From Spirochaetaceae bacterium (lineage in GTDB: Bacteria > Spirochaetota > Spirochaetia > DSM-2461): a stretch of 64,000 nt of DNA. Both the position numbers and the translations under genes were made by a program. Location of the stretch: NCBI GenBank assembly GCA_051531975.1, contig JAOPTT010000003.1, positions 64,001 to 128,000 of the forward strand. The letters run 5' to 3'. Of this stretch, positions 30,236 to 39,845 are shown piece after piece. The notes below the pieces were generated by a model. That model ran no database searches. It worked only from the letters and a program-made list of their open reading frames with translations, and was not told the origin of the DNA. How positions within the stretch are numbered: position 1 is the first letter of the stretch; each line of letters begins with the position of its first letter.

Positions 30236-31051
30236 TTATTTTATTTTAAAAAGTTCAATTCTCATTTCTCTAGGACTTTTACCTGTTTCAATTTTAAATT
30301 GCCTTGAAAATTGGTAAATATCAGACCACCCTACTAAATCCCCAATTTCTCCAATTGATAACCGGCTGTTATAAAGATGATACAGAGCAGCTTCTATCCG
30401 TATGGATCTGAGTTGGGACATAATTGTTTCACCAAACTCTTTTTTGAACAAGGAACAGAGGTAAGGAGCTGATAAGTTAGCAATTTGTGCAAGAGATTCT
30501 AATGTTATTTTCTCATTATAATGTTCTTGTAGATATCTACGAATATCTAACATTGGGTTATTTTCCAACAAATTATTTTCTATATTAGTATTTCTATTTG
30601 TTATTTTAACAATTGATTTTATTAAACTCTCTATTATTGATTTATCAGTAAAATTATTTACCATTTCTTTATATAAAAGCTCTAACCAAGGAATTATTTC
30701 AAACATTGAACAGGATTGTGGGATACCTGGTGTTATTTTTAGATTTTGAAAAATACACTCAGCTATATTACCACTTAGATGTATCCAGCTGTGTATCCAT
30801 GTATCGTATTCAGAGTGATAATAGTGCCCCATATCTGGTTTCCAGTATATAACAGATGATTCTGCAATATAATACTTATCTGAAGGAACCCCTGAAGACA
30901 TGGACTGATGAAAAAACATTATAAGTATATCACCAGTTCCCACAGGTCTATCAATAGTAGAATAGTTCATTTCCTCTTTGATTCCGATACCATTAATTTG
31001 TAAATCATTATTAGATTCTTCTTTAGAGAACCACTTCTTCAAATTCTTCAT
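30236..31051 (-). CDS. AraC family transcriptional regulator
   Basis: WIHSWIH sensor; LSAPYLCSLFKKEFG, VGWSDIYQFSRQFK. Confidence 0.9.
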   Translation of the reverse strand: MKNLKKWFSKEESNNDLQINGIGIKEEMNYSTIDRPVGTGDILIMFFHQSMSSGVPSDKYYIAESSVIYWKPDMGHYYHSEYDTWIHSWIHLSGNIAECIFQNLKITPGIPQSCSMFEIIPWLELLYKEMVNNFTDKSIIESLIKSIVKITNRNTNIENNLLENNPMLDIRRYLQEHYNEKITLESLAQIANLSAPYLCSLFKKEFGETIMSQLRSIRIEAALYHLYNSRLSIGEIGDLVGWSDIYQFSRQFKIETGKSPREMRIELFKIK

Positions 31052-31141
31052 AATATTAATATATAACAAAAATTAGTAACAAAAGCCATTTAATTTATCA
31101 CTTTGTAGCAATATTATATAAAAAAGATTAAGGAGATTATT

Positions 31142-32284
31142 ATGTTTAAACCACTTCAACACTCTCTAAGTACATTATCCCTTTTAACCGATGCACAAAG
31201 TAGATCTATTTGTGGAGAAAATAGAACTGGGGAAATCGCTGGAGGTGCTCGAGAACACTGCCCTCAAGACGATAATGGGAACCCAATAGGAGATGCCAGA
31301 GAATTAGGTCAGGGCTGGAAAGTACATCCAAGTGACATTATCCCTCCTGGGGAAGTTTTTGAATTAGCAAATATTGAGGGCCCTGGTTGTATTAACCACA
31401 TATGGATGGTTCCTACAGGGAGATATCGATCATCTATTCTTAGAGTATATTATGATGGTAATGATTTCCCATCAATTGAAGTACCTGTCGGTGACTTTTT
31501 CGCCAGTGCATATACAAGTGTTGAGGATTTTGCACAAGTTAACTCACTACCAGTATGTGTTAATCCAGGCAGTGCATTTAATTGTTACTGGCCAATACCT
31601 TTTAAGAAAAATCTTAGAATGACTTTAGAAAATAGAGATTACGAAGATGTAGTTCTTTATTACCAAATAGATTATACACTCCAGACGCTTCCAGAGAATA
31701 CAGCATACTTTCATGCCCAGTTTAGAAGGATTAATCCTCTACCTTATGGTGATGTTTATACAATACTAGATGGTGTTGAAGGCCAAGGACATTATGTAGG
31801 GACCTACATGGCATGGCAAGTTAATAACAATATTTGGTGGGGAGAAGGTGAAATAAAGTTCTATATAGATGGCGATGCGAATCCAGAAATATCCGGTGGA
31901 AAGATAGTGGCAGGGTCAACAGGTTTCCCAACTATTTGTGGAACAGGAACAGAAGATTATTTCTGTGGATCATATAACTATGAAAATCAGCGAGAAAATA
32001 AATATCAGGAATACTCTACCCCTTATGCTGGGGTACCACACATAGTTAGACCTGATGGATTATATAAAGCTAATCAAAGATTTTCTATGTATAGGTGGCA
32101 CCTTCCAGACCCTATACATTTTAAGAAGAACTTAAAAATTACAATCCAAGCTCTTGGTTGGAGAAAAAATAGAAAACATCTCCAACTTCAAGACGATATA
32201 TCTAGTGTTGCATTTTGGTATCAGACACTACCATCAAGACAATTTCCTAAACTACCAAACGATGATTATTTGGAGATAATTTAA
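31142..32284 (+). CDS. DUF2961 / glycoside hydrolase family 172 protein
   Basis: SRSICGENRTG, GPGCINHIW, WWGEGEIKFYIDGD, GTGTEDYF, YRWHLPDPIHF, DDISSVAFWYQ. Confidence 0.9.
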   Translation: MFKPLQHSLSTLSLLTDAQSRSICGENRTGEIAGGAREHCPQDDNGNPIGDARELGQGWKVHPSDIIPPGEVFELANIEGPGCINHIWMVPTGRYRSSILRVYYDGNDFPSIEVPVGDFFASAYTSVEDFAQVNSLPVCVNPGSAFNCYWPIPFKKNLRMTLENRDYEDVVLYYQIDYTLQTLPENTAYFHAQFRRINPLPYGDVYTILDGVEGQGHYVGTYMAWQVNNNIWWGEGEIKFYIDGDANPEISGGKIVAGSTGFPTICGTGTEDYFCGSYNYENQRENKYQEYSTPYAGVPHIVRPDGLYKANQRFSMYRWHLPDPIHFKKNLKITIQALGWRKNRKHLQLQDDISSVAFWYQTLPSRQFPKLPNDDYLEII

Positions 32285-32289
32285 TTTAT

Positions 32290-32332
32290 AAATCAAATAT
32301 AGGGCCATTTAGTGACACCTATATTTGATTTT
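32290..32332. terminator. Bidirectional terminator hairpin
   Basis: aaatcaaatatagg...cctatatttgattt between convergent genes. Confidence 0.6.
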
Positions 32333-32345
32333 TATCACAATATTA

Positions 32346-32990
32346 TTAGTCATCAAATAATTTTAAGTCAATACAAGTTCTCATAGCTTGCATTCGATCA
32401 CGAATATCCATTTTCTCATATATTGTTGAAACATAATTCTTTACAGTCTGAGGGGATAAATGGACTTTTACAGAAATTTCATTATTGTTATATCCATGTG
32501 CTAAGTATTTAAGAACCTCGAGTTCTTTTCTGTTTAATTCGTCATACCATGAGGGTAACTTTTTATCTGATGCCATCATCAATGTCTTATGAATCAACGA
32601 TGGGGATATGGATATCATCCCCTTAACTACATTTTTTATTGTATATATGAGGTCTGATGGAAGCATGTCTTTAAGAAGATATCCCTTTGCTCCTTTACGC
32701 AGAGCTTTTTTAACATATTCATCTTCATCAAAGGTGGTTAGCATTACAATCTTAAGCTTTTGGTCTATGGAAAGTATACGCTCTACAGCTTCGACACCGT
32801 CCATAATAGGCATCTTAACATCCATTAGAATTACATCTGGCTTCCTACTTTTACAAAAATCTACAGCCTCAGAACCGTTGTAACATACACCAATAACCTC
32901 AATGTTTTTATCATTCAATTCTAGAACACTCTTTAAGCTATTAATAAAGAGAATCTGATCGTCTACGAGTAACAATTTAATCTTTTCCAT
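32346..32990 (-). CDS. NarL/LuxR family response regulator
   Basis: LVDDQ, MDVKMP, LTTFD, GYLLKD; HTH LSPQTVKNYVSTIYEK. Confidence 0.93.
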   Translation of the reverse strand: MEKIKLLLVDDQILFINSLKSVLELNDKNIEVIGVCYNGSEAVDFCKSRKPDVILMDVKMPIMDGVEAVERILSIDQKLKIVMLTTFDEDEYVKKALRKGAKGYLLKDMLPSDLIYTIKNVVKGMISISPSLIHKTLMMASDKKLPSWYDELNRKELEVLKYLAHGYNNNEISVKVHLSPQTVKNYVSTIYEKMDIRDRMQAMRTCIDLKLFDD

Positions 32991-34251
32991 ATACCAACAC
33001 CTTTTCTATAGGGAGTTCAATACTAACCTTCGCCCCAATCTTTGAGTTTGAGAGAGTCATTGTCCCGTTGAACTTCTTAATCCGTTCCCTCATCCCAGAG
33101 ATTCCGAGTCCAGGATCTTTTTTATTAAACCCTTTACCGTTATCATTTATAGTTATCATTAGTTTACCACTTCCAACAAAAAGAAATATGTCAATTTCAG
33201 AGGCAATACCATGTCTAAGAGCATTTACCATCCCCTCTTGTATAATCCGGAAAATTATATGAGAAGCTTCTTCCCCAAAATTATCTGGTGTATTTCCCCA
33301 TTCTAGTCTGATTTTTAAATTTGAGGCCTTCTCAAAAGCTTTAATCATCCTTCTCAATTCCATAAAATGAGATAAATGTTCTTCTTTCTTTATTTTCAGA
33401 ATCCTTAATACAATTCTCATATCCTTTAAACCATCACGGGCACCAGAGTGGATCTCTTCAAGATTCTCACTTATAATTCCGAGTTTCCCTTTGTTCATAT
33501 CAAGGATTGATCGGGAAATCATCATTATAGTAGTAAGGGTGTAACCTATCGAGTCATGGATTTCCCTTATAATTCTGTTTCTCTCATCTTCAGTGGACTT
33601 CTCTTCTACAACTTTTACATAGTGCTGGTATCCATAATTAGTATCTGTCAGATTGGCAATTGTCTGATTTAACTGTCTGACTTTACTTTTTTCAATTTCC
33701 ATTCTACTAAAAATATAGCGGAAGATTATGAATATGCCTGTCATAATAAGTACTAAGACAGAAGAAAATATAGTGTTGTGTATAGTTATAGAATTCCATT
33801 TACCAAGATTAATAAGACTCATAACATTTATAAGCAGTAAAAAAAATAGAGAGCCCATAGAAGAAGATATGGAATAACGTATGGGAATAAAGAAATTTAG
33901 ATCTAACAGAAAGGCTAAAAGAAATAGCAATTTTAAACCAAGGTATATTTCACTAGGAAAGTGAATTATTATTATCATTATGTATCTGATTATTAATAAA
34001 TATAAAATCCTGTTTTTTTTAGGGGAAAGATAAATAAGAACTGTGATAATCATAGATAGCAAAACCATAATACTATATTGTTTTGCCCAGTTAATTACAT
34101 AAATCTCACTAGGCACCATACTGTACTGAAAAATTGATAATCCTTGAAAAAGCAATGATGTGATTAGTGTAAAGAGGAAGATATGTTTTTTATCTATCAT
34201 CAAATTAGTATAATCCAAATCAATGGTAAATCCAATCTTTATCTTCCTCAT
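32977..34251 (-). CDS. Membrane sensor histidine kinase (HisKA_3 type)
   Basis: ERNRIIREIHDSIGYTLT, QEGMVNALRHG, DNGKGF, GLGISGMRER; N-terminal TM helices. Confidence 0.92.
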   Translation of the reverse strand: MRKIKIGFTIDLDYTNLMIDKKHIFLFTLITSLLFQGLSIFQYSMVPSEIYVINWAKQYSIMVLLSMIITVLIYLSPKKNRILYLLIIRYIMIIIIHFPSEIYLGLKLLFLLAFLLDLNFFIPIRYSISSSMGSLFFLLLINVMSLINLGKWNSITIHNTIFSSVLVLIMTGIFIIFRYIFSRMEIEKSKVRQLNQTIANLTDTNYGYQHYVKVVEEKSTEDERNRIIREIHDSIGYTLTTIMMISRSILDMNKGKLGIISENLEEIHSGARDGLKDMRIVLRILKIKKEEHLSHFMELRRMIKAFEKASNLKIRLEWGNTPDNFGEEASHIIFRIIQEGMVNALRHGIASEIDIFLFVGSGKLMITINDNGKGFNKKDPGLGISGMRERIKKFNGTMTLSNSKIGAKVSIELPIEKVLVYGKD

Positions 34252-34254
34252 TTA

Positions 34255-35088
34255 TCAACCTTTAAAAGCTCCAGCGGTAAGTCCAGAAATGAAATGTTTC
34301 TGAAGCCAAATATAGAAAACCGTTATTGGTGTTATGGCTAGAAATAATACGGCAAATACATCGTCCCATTTTTGCTGATACTGACCAATGGCTCTGTAGA
34401 TCCCAGTTGTTATTGTATAATATTTTCCACTTCCAAAAATGACATATGGAAGAACAAAATCATTCCATGTCCAAAGTGTGACAAATATAATTACAGTTAC
34501 TACTGCAGGTTTCATAAGAGGGAATATAATAAACACAAAAGTCTGTAAAGGAGAAGCTCCCTCGACCTGTGCTGATTCATCAAATTGTGGAGAAATTGTT
34601 CCAATATACCCTGTAAAAATGAAACATACAAAAGGCATATAAACCGCAACAAAAACTAGAATAAGTCCTGGAAAGCTAAACATAAGTCCAAAAGTTCTAA
34701 GTATCTGAATAATGGGAATTATGATTACCTGAACTGGAATAAAAAGTCCTGCTAAAAGTGATAAATAAGCGACTTTATAGAATCCTGTTCTATTACGACT
34801 TAGGATATAAGCTGTCATTGATGCCGTTATCAGGACACAAGTTAGTGTTATTATCAAAATAAATCCTGTAAATCCATAAGCCTTGAGAGCACTAAACTGA
34901 TTGGAATTAAAATTCCTGGCCACATTTGTCACAGTCATTTCAGCGAAAGGTAGTCCCATAGGATTTTGGAAGATCTGTGCTTCAGTTTTAAAAGCATTAA
35001 CTATTGTTATATAGAATGGTATCAGGTATATCAATGACAGGACTGTCATAAGAGTTCCCCGAATCTTCCCACTTTTATTAATTATCAT
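34255..35088 (-). CDS. Carbohydrate ABC transporter permease (MalG-like)
   Basis: ESAQVEGAS, WTWNDF, QKHFISGLTAGAFKG. Confidence 0.92.
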   Translation of the reverse strand: MIINKSGKIRGTLMTVLSLIYLIPFYITIVNAFKTEAQIFQNPMGLPFAEMTVTNVARNFNSNQFSALKAYGFTGFILIITLTCVLITASMTAYILSRNRTGFYKVAYLSLLAGLFIPVQVIIIPIIQILRTFGLMFSFPGLILVFVAVYMPFVCFIFTGYIGTISPQFDESAQVEGASPLQTFVFIIFPLMKPAVVTVIIFVTLWTWNDFVLPYVIFGSGKYYTITTGIYRAIGQYQQKWDDVFAVLFLAITPITVFYIWLQKHFISGLTAGAFKG

Positions 35089-35957
35089 AGTAGGTTCTCC
35101 TCTCTAATTCTAAGTCTATTGGTTAAAGTTACAGTGATCACTGTCAGGATTATTAAGAAATAGACAGCCACGGCGGATGCATACGAAATTTTATAGCGGT
35201 TGAATCCTACATCTATGATAAATATGGCTATACTCTTTGTCGTATTTACAGGCCCCCCTCCAGTTAGGACAAAAATTATGTCAAATATTTTCATATACCC
35301 AGTAAAGAGGAAGACTGTTACAGTTGTGAAGCTCGGAGCCAACCATGGGAAAGTTATGTTCCAGAATGCTTGGTACGAATTTGCGCCGTCAATTTCTGCT
35401 GCTTCGTATTGCATCGCAGGTATAGCCTGAAGTCCTGATAGGTAAAGAATCGTGGAGAAACCTGTTGCCTGCCAAATACTTATTCCTAAAACAGACCATT
35501 TTGCTAATGAAGGATCTCCTAGAAAATCGATAGCCGTCCAGCCAAATCTCTCAAAAAGGCTATTAACAACACCATAATAGCTGAATAAAGCTTTAAAAAT
35601 AAAACCTACAGCAACAAGACTTATTAGCTGCGGGAAAAAGAATGCGGCTCGGTGAAAATTTGTGAGCAAACTTTTTCGGTTAATTTGTACCGCCAAAAAT
35701 AGAGAAATTATGTTAACCGAAACCCCTCCGAGTAGTGCAAAAAAGAATGTATTTCCTATAGATGTTAAGAATTCAGGCTCTTTTAGAGCTTTTATATAGT
35801 TCGTGAACCCAATAAAATTCATACTAGTCTTCAGTCCATCCCAATCAAAGAATGAATAGTAGAAAGTAAGAAATATAGATACTAGGATTATTGTAGCAAA
35901 GATGGTATATCCCGGCAGGAACATTAATAATTTCTGCTTCCAGTGATTGTCTTTCAT
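35085..35957 (-). CDS. Carbohydrate ABC transporter permease (MalF-like)
   Basis: YEAAEIDGA EAA loop, LTGGGP; start refined to MKDNH. Confidence 0.92.
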   Translation of the reverse strand: MKDNHWKQKLLMFLPGYTIFATIILVSIFLTFYYSFFDWDGLKTSMNFIGFTNYIKALKEPEFLTSIGNTFFFALLGGVSVNIISLFLAVQINRKSLLTNFHRAAFFFPQLISLVAVGFIFKALFSYYGVVNSLFERFGWTAIDFLGDPSLAKWSVLGISIWQATGFSTILYLSGLQAIPAMQYEAAEIDGANSYQAFWNITFPWLAPSFTTVTVFLFTGYMKIFDIIFVLTGGGPVNTTKSIAIFIIDVGFNRYKISYASAVAVYFLIILTVITVTLTNRLRIREENLL

Positions 35958-35970
35958 ATTTATTCCTACA

Positions 35971-36000
35971 AACCCTGCAAGCACATAGAATGCAGGGTTT
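35971..36000 (-). terminator. Intergenic hairpin after the SBP gene (terminator or mRNA stabiliser)
   Basis: aaccctgca...tgcagggtt. Confidence 0.55.
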
Positions 36001-36015
36001 TATTATTAAAAATTT

Positions 36016-37290
36016 CTAATTATTATTTGTAAAATCGTCAATACCAACCATTAGGGCTTCAAGAGACTCGTACTTTTGTGAATAAATGGCTTCTAATAGT
36101 GGGCCAAGATGTGCACCCTCTAATCCAGCTGGTGATGGTGCACCAAGATAATAACTGATGACTGTAGTTGAAAAATCGGCAGATTGCATATGCTCAGCCA
36201 TTGTCTGTTGTAATGGTGAGTAGTCATAGTCAATAGAAGGTTTATGATTTGAGAATAATCCATCAGCCTTAAGTAGAACCTTATTTATTGTAGGATCTGT
36301 ATAGAACCATTTGTAGAATTCCCAAGCTTCTTCTTTAACCTCTGAACCTGCATAAATTCGGTTACCTAAAAGCCCTTTGTAGGCGATAGCGTTCGTTTTA
36401 CCGTCAGATGTTGGAAGTTCAAAATAACCAGTATCCCAATCTTTATCAGAAGCAGCATCAGCAGCACTATACCACGATCCCATAGGATACATTACACCCT
36501 GCCCACCAAGGAAAAGTTGTTCACCCTGGCTATATCCAACACTCAGGTTTCCTTTTATGATATAGTCGTTTTTAACAAGATTATCCCAGAAAGTGATAAG
36601 AGCCATACCCTCTTTTCCCGCAAAAGAGAAACTACCTTCTCTCGCTTCTTTCCATAACTCAGGATGATTATCTACAAGTTCAGCACTTAGACTCCATCCT
36701 AATACAGCACCAGGAACCCATTCTCCACCACTGATTACAGGTGTAAGTCCGGCGGCTTTTATTTTTTCACATACTATTTCAAACTCACTATATGTTTTTG
36801 GAATATCAGCATCGGTAAGACCTGCCTGCTTCCATAGTGTTTTGTTATAAAAGATTGCTCCAGCAAGCTGTGTATTATAATGAAGATGATAGACATTACC
36901 ATCTTTGTAAGGTACTTGATAATTAAATTTTTCAAAAATTGGATCATCAGTTGGAAGAGCCCAAACATGACCAGCATCAATGAATTCTGTATCACCAACA
37001 TTAGACCATACATCAGGAACATCTCCTCCTGCAATCCGATTTCTCATAAAGTCAGCAGCAGTTCCCGATCCAGAAGCGTTACTTTCAACAATTTCAAGAA
37101 TAATATCAGGATTAGCTAATTCATATGTTTGCTTAATTCCCTCGTAGAGTTCCATTGTAAGATTTGGTGTAACCCAGACCTGCCATTTAATGGTGGTCTT
37201 ACTTGATTCTTTCTGCCCATTTGCCCAAAGGCCTTGACCAACAACCATCGTAAAAGTGATGAGTAAACAAAATAATTTTCTTTTATTCAT
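36016..37290 (-). CDS. Carbohydrate ABC transporter substrate-binding protein
   Basis: Signal peptide ending WANGQKE; IFYNKTLWKQAG..PKTYSEF, FLGGQGVMYPMGSW. Confidence 0.9.
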   Translation of the reverse strand: MNKRKLFCLLITFTMVVGQGLWANGQKESSKTTIKWQVWVTPNLTMELYEGIKQTYELANPDIILEIVESNASGSGTAADFMRNRIAGGDVPDVWSNVGDTEFIDAGHVWALPTDDPIFEKFNYQVPYKDGNVYHLHYNTQLAGAIFYNKTLWKQAGLTDADIPKTYSEFEIVCEKIKAAGLTPVISGGEWVPGAVLGWSLSAELVDNHPELWKEAREGSFSFAGKEGMALITFWDNLVKNDYIIKGNLSVGYSQGEQLFLGGQGVMYPMGSWYSAADAASDKDWDTGYFELPTSDGKTNAIAYKGLLGNRIYAGSEVKEEAWEFYKWFYTDPTINKVLLKADGLFSNHKPSIDYDYSPLQQTMAEHMQSADFSTTVISYYLGAPSPAGLEGAHLGPLLEAIYSQKYESLEALMVGIDDFTNNN

Positions 37291-37346
37291 TTCAATTCTC
37301 CTTTTGTATTTACTCTATATTAGACACTGAGTAACTGAGTTGTAAA

Positions 37347-37381
37347 GTTACCCAAGTAACAACTTCTAGTACCCCAGTACT
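37347..37381. promoter_or_regulatory. Tandem palindromic operator, putative NarL-type regulator site
   Basis: gttacccaagtaac-N7-agtaccccagtact upstream of the SBP; similar element at 39693. Confidence 0.6.
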
Positions 37382-37532
37382 ATTTACTAAACAGAATATG
37401 CTCTATTGATATTGTATTAATTTAAGAAGCCTTCTAATAAGTCTAAACTTTTTGAGATTGTAATAACATAGAGAAGAAATAAATTTTATTAAGTCCGGTT
37501 AACAGGATTATTAACCGGTAATTTTGATTAGA

Positions 37533-38678
37533 TTATTTTATATTAAGGTTCGTCCAGATATCGGATAGATCAATAATAGATCCCTGTAACATAGCTTCAT
37601 TAATTGTAATACCAACAACAGCACTTCTTAATCCTTCATCTCCACCACAGACAGGTTTTATTCCTTTTACCATGGACTCATGTAATTCTTTCATAATATG
37701 AAGATCTCCATCACCATGGCCTCCACCAACTAGATTCATCATTTTTATAGATTCATCACCAATGGCTTTGTATTGTAAAGTACCGGAATACAGTTCAACA
37801 ATGAGTGTTCCACCAGTACAATGAAAATACATTCTTCTCTCGGGGATTGTATTACACATTGTTGCCTGAAACTGAACCCTGATTCCATTTTTATATTCCA
37901 TAATGGAAACAACATTATCTTCAATCGTATTATCTGATAAAAAAGGATTTTCTGTAGACTGCTCAAATTTATCAGTAATTTGATCCCAGCCCTCACAATC
38001 AAATAGTTTGCTATCTTTATTATAGATTTCACTATTTTGAGGTGTAAACATATCGTTTCCACCAAAAGCAGCTATTTTTAGAGGTACTGACTCTGTAAAC
38101 CAGTTTAATAGATCCAGATCATGTACACATTTTTCAAGAATATGTGATCCGGCGATCTCTTTCTTACGTCTCCAGTTTTTCATTATATATGCACCATGAT
38201 CAGGTAGTATATTTTCAGAAGCGTTTATGGAAATAATTTTACCAATTTTCCCACTAGATAAAATCTCTTTTGTTTTTCTATAAATAGAGGCATACCGTAG
38301 AGTAAAGCCAGTAGCAAATAATTTGCCACTAGAGTTATGAACCCTATTAATCTCTATACAATCCTCTATTGTTGTAGCTAGAGGTTTCTCTGAGAATACA
38401 TTTTTCCCATTTTTAAATGCAGCAATTATATGCTCTTTATGGAAGATATTTGGTGATCCTATTACAATCCAATCTAATTCTGGGTCAGTAACTATCTCTT
38501 GGTAGGAAGAGTAGATTTTCCCCTTGCCATAATTTCTTTTATCCAACATTAACTGAGTATTATTTTCAGATGGATCCCATGCACCAACTAACTCAAGATC
38601 CTCTTTATCTTTTAACTGGTCTATTAATGAACTAATCCGCCCACCACAACCTATCACTGCGTATTTTATTGTTTTCAT
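37533..38678 (-). CDS. Gfo/Idh/MocA family oxidoreductase
   Basis: AVIGCGGR, VFSEKPLA, LEKCVHDLD, GGHGDGD. Confidence 0.9.
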   Translation of the reverse strand: MKTIKYAVIGCGGRISSLIDQLKDKEDLELVGAWDPSENNTQLMLDKRNYGKGKIYSSYQEIVTDPELDWIVIGSPNIFHKEHIIAAFKNGKNVFSEKPLATTIEDCIEINRVHNSSGKLFATGFTLRYASIYRKTKEILSSGKIGKIISINASENILPDHGAYIMKNWRRKKEIAGSHILEKCVHDLDLLNWFTESVPLKIAAFGGNDMFTPQNSEIYNKDSKLFDCEGWDQITDKFEQSTENPFLSDNTIEDNVVSIMEYKNGIRVQFQATMCNTIPERRMYFHCTGGTLIVELYSGTLQYKAIGDESIKMMNLVGGGHGDGDLHIMKELHESMVKGIKPVCGGDEGLRSAVVGITINEAMLQGSIIDLSDIWTNLNIK

Positions 38679-38751
38679 TTTAAGTCTCCTTATTACAATT
38701 TAACTAATGTTACGACAGGATTATTGTTATAGAAATGGCTCAAACTTGAAT

Positions 38752-39588
38752 CTATTTACCATTTTCTGTATTTTTAAATCGACTTGGAGGAAATCCGGTT
38801 ACTTGTTTAAATGATCTTGAAAAGCTGTAGACAGAATCAAAACCACAAAGAGAAGCAGTCTCAGTTATGTTTCTTTTCCCAGATTCTAAAATAGAACAGG
38901 CGTAATTTATTTTAACCTCTCTTAAATATCTTCCAGGACTGATTCCTATGAACTTTTTAAAATGTTTATGAAGACTACTTTCTGATATACCAATCTCCTG
39001 TGCTATTATTGAAGTTGTTAAAATACGGCTTAAATCGAAATATACAAGTTTCTGAACTTTTGTAATAATAGTATCTTCATCCCTGTTAATGTGTTGTATT
39101 GTCCCACCTTTATTACTGTTTTCCAGATTAAGATGAATTATTGTAGATAAAATACTACTTTTAAGATCATTAGACCCAGTAATCATTCTTTCAAGTGATT
39201 CTAGGACATAGGGTTCAATTTTAACAGGATTATATAATAGAGGTTCAAGACCTTTTCTTTCTCTCATTTCAAAACCTATAAAAAGCCATAAAAGATCTTT
39301 GTCTTCTGATGATACATAATGATGATTCTGGTATGGGAAAACAAGGAGAGATTCCCCTTCATTTAATGTTATGATGTGTTTATCTATATGAATCTGAATA
39401 GAACCTTTAAGATTGAATAAGAGATTAAACCTATAATGAATAATTGGCTGATCATTTACAAATTCTGAGCACCTTAACCTAGAAAAGAAATTTATTTTCT
39501 CAGGATTATATACCAGGTCAGCAGAAATGCCATCAAGATATTTTTGAGGTTCCTTTAGGTTTGTAATATAGTGTTCAAGCCTTTTCAT
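38752..39588 (-). CDS. AraC family transcriptional regulator
   Basis: Cupin HYRFNL..PYQNHHY; CGFDSVYSFSRSFK. Confidence 0.9.
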   Translation of the reverse strand: MKRLEHYITNLKEPQKYLDGISADLVYNPEKINFFSRLRCSEFVNDQPIIHYRFNLLFNLKGSIQIHIDKHIITLNEGESLLVFPYQNHHYVSSEDKDLLWLFIGFEMRERKGLEPLLYNPVKIEPYVLESLERMITGSNDLKSSILSTIIHLNLENSNKGGTIQHINRDEDTIITKVQKLVYFDLSRILTTSIIAQEIGISESSLHKHFKKFIGISPGRYLREVKINYACSILESGKRNITETASLCGFDSVYSFSRSFKQVTGFPPSRFKNTENGK

Positions 39589-39692
39589 ATTCTGTCCTTT
39601 AATACTTTGATTTTACTTATATAAATCATCTGGGGCTCTAAAATACTTCCTCTTTAATATACTAAGATATTAGATTATTAACAACAAATAAA

Positions 39693-39727
39693 GTTACCAG
39701 AGTACTTTAAGTTGTTACCAGAGTAAC
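39693..39727. promoter_or_regulatory. Tandem palindromic operator upstream of the MCP
   Basis: gttaccagagtact-N7-gttaccagagtaac. Confidence 0.6.
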
Positions 39728-39845
39728 TTACCGAGGAGATATTTTAGCTCTATAGTATTATATATTATTATTTTTTTTGGTAATGATTAGTACTTTTTTA
39801 CATAAGAAAAAATTGGTAAATACATATATTAATCGGGGGTATTAT

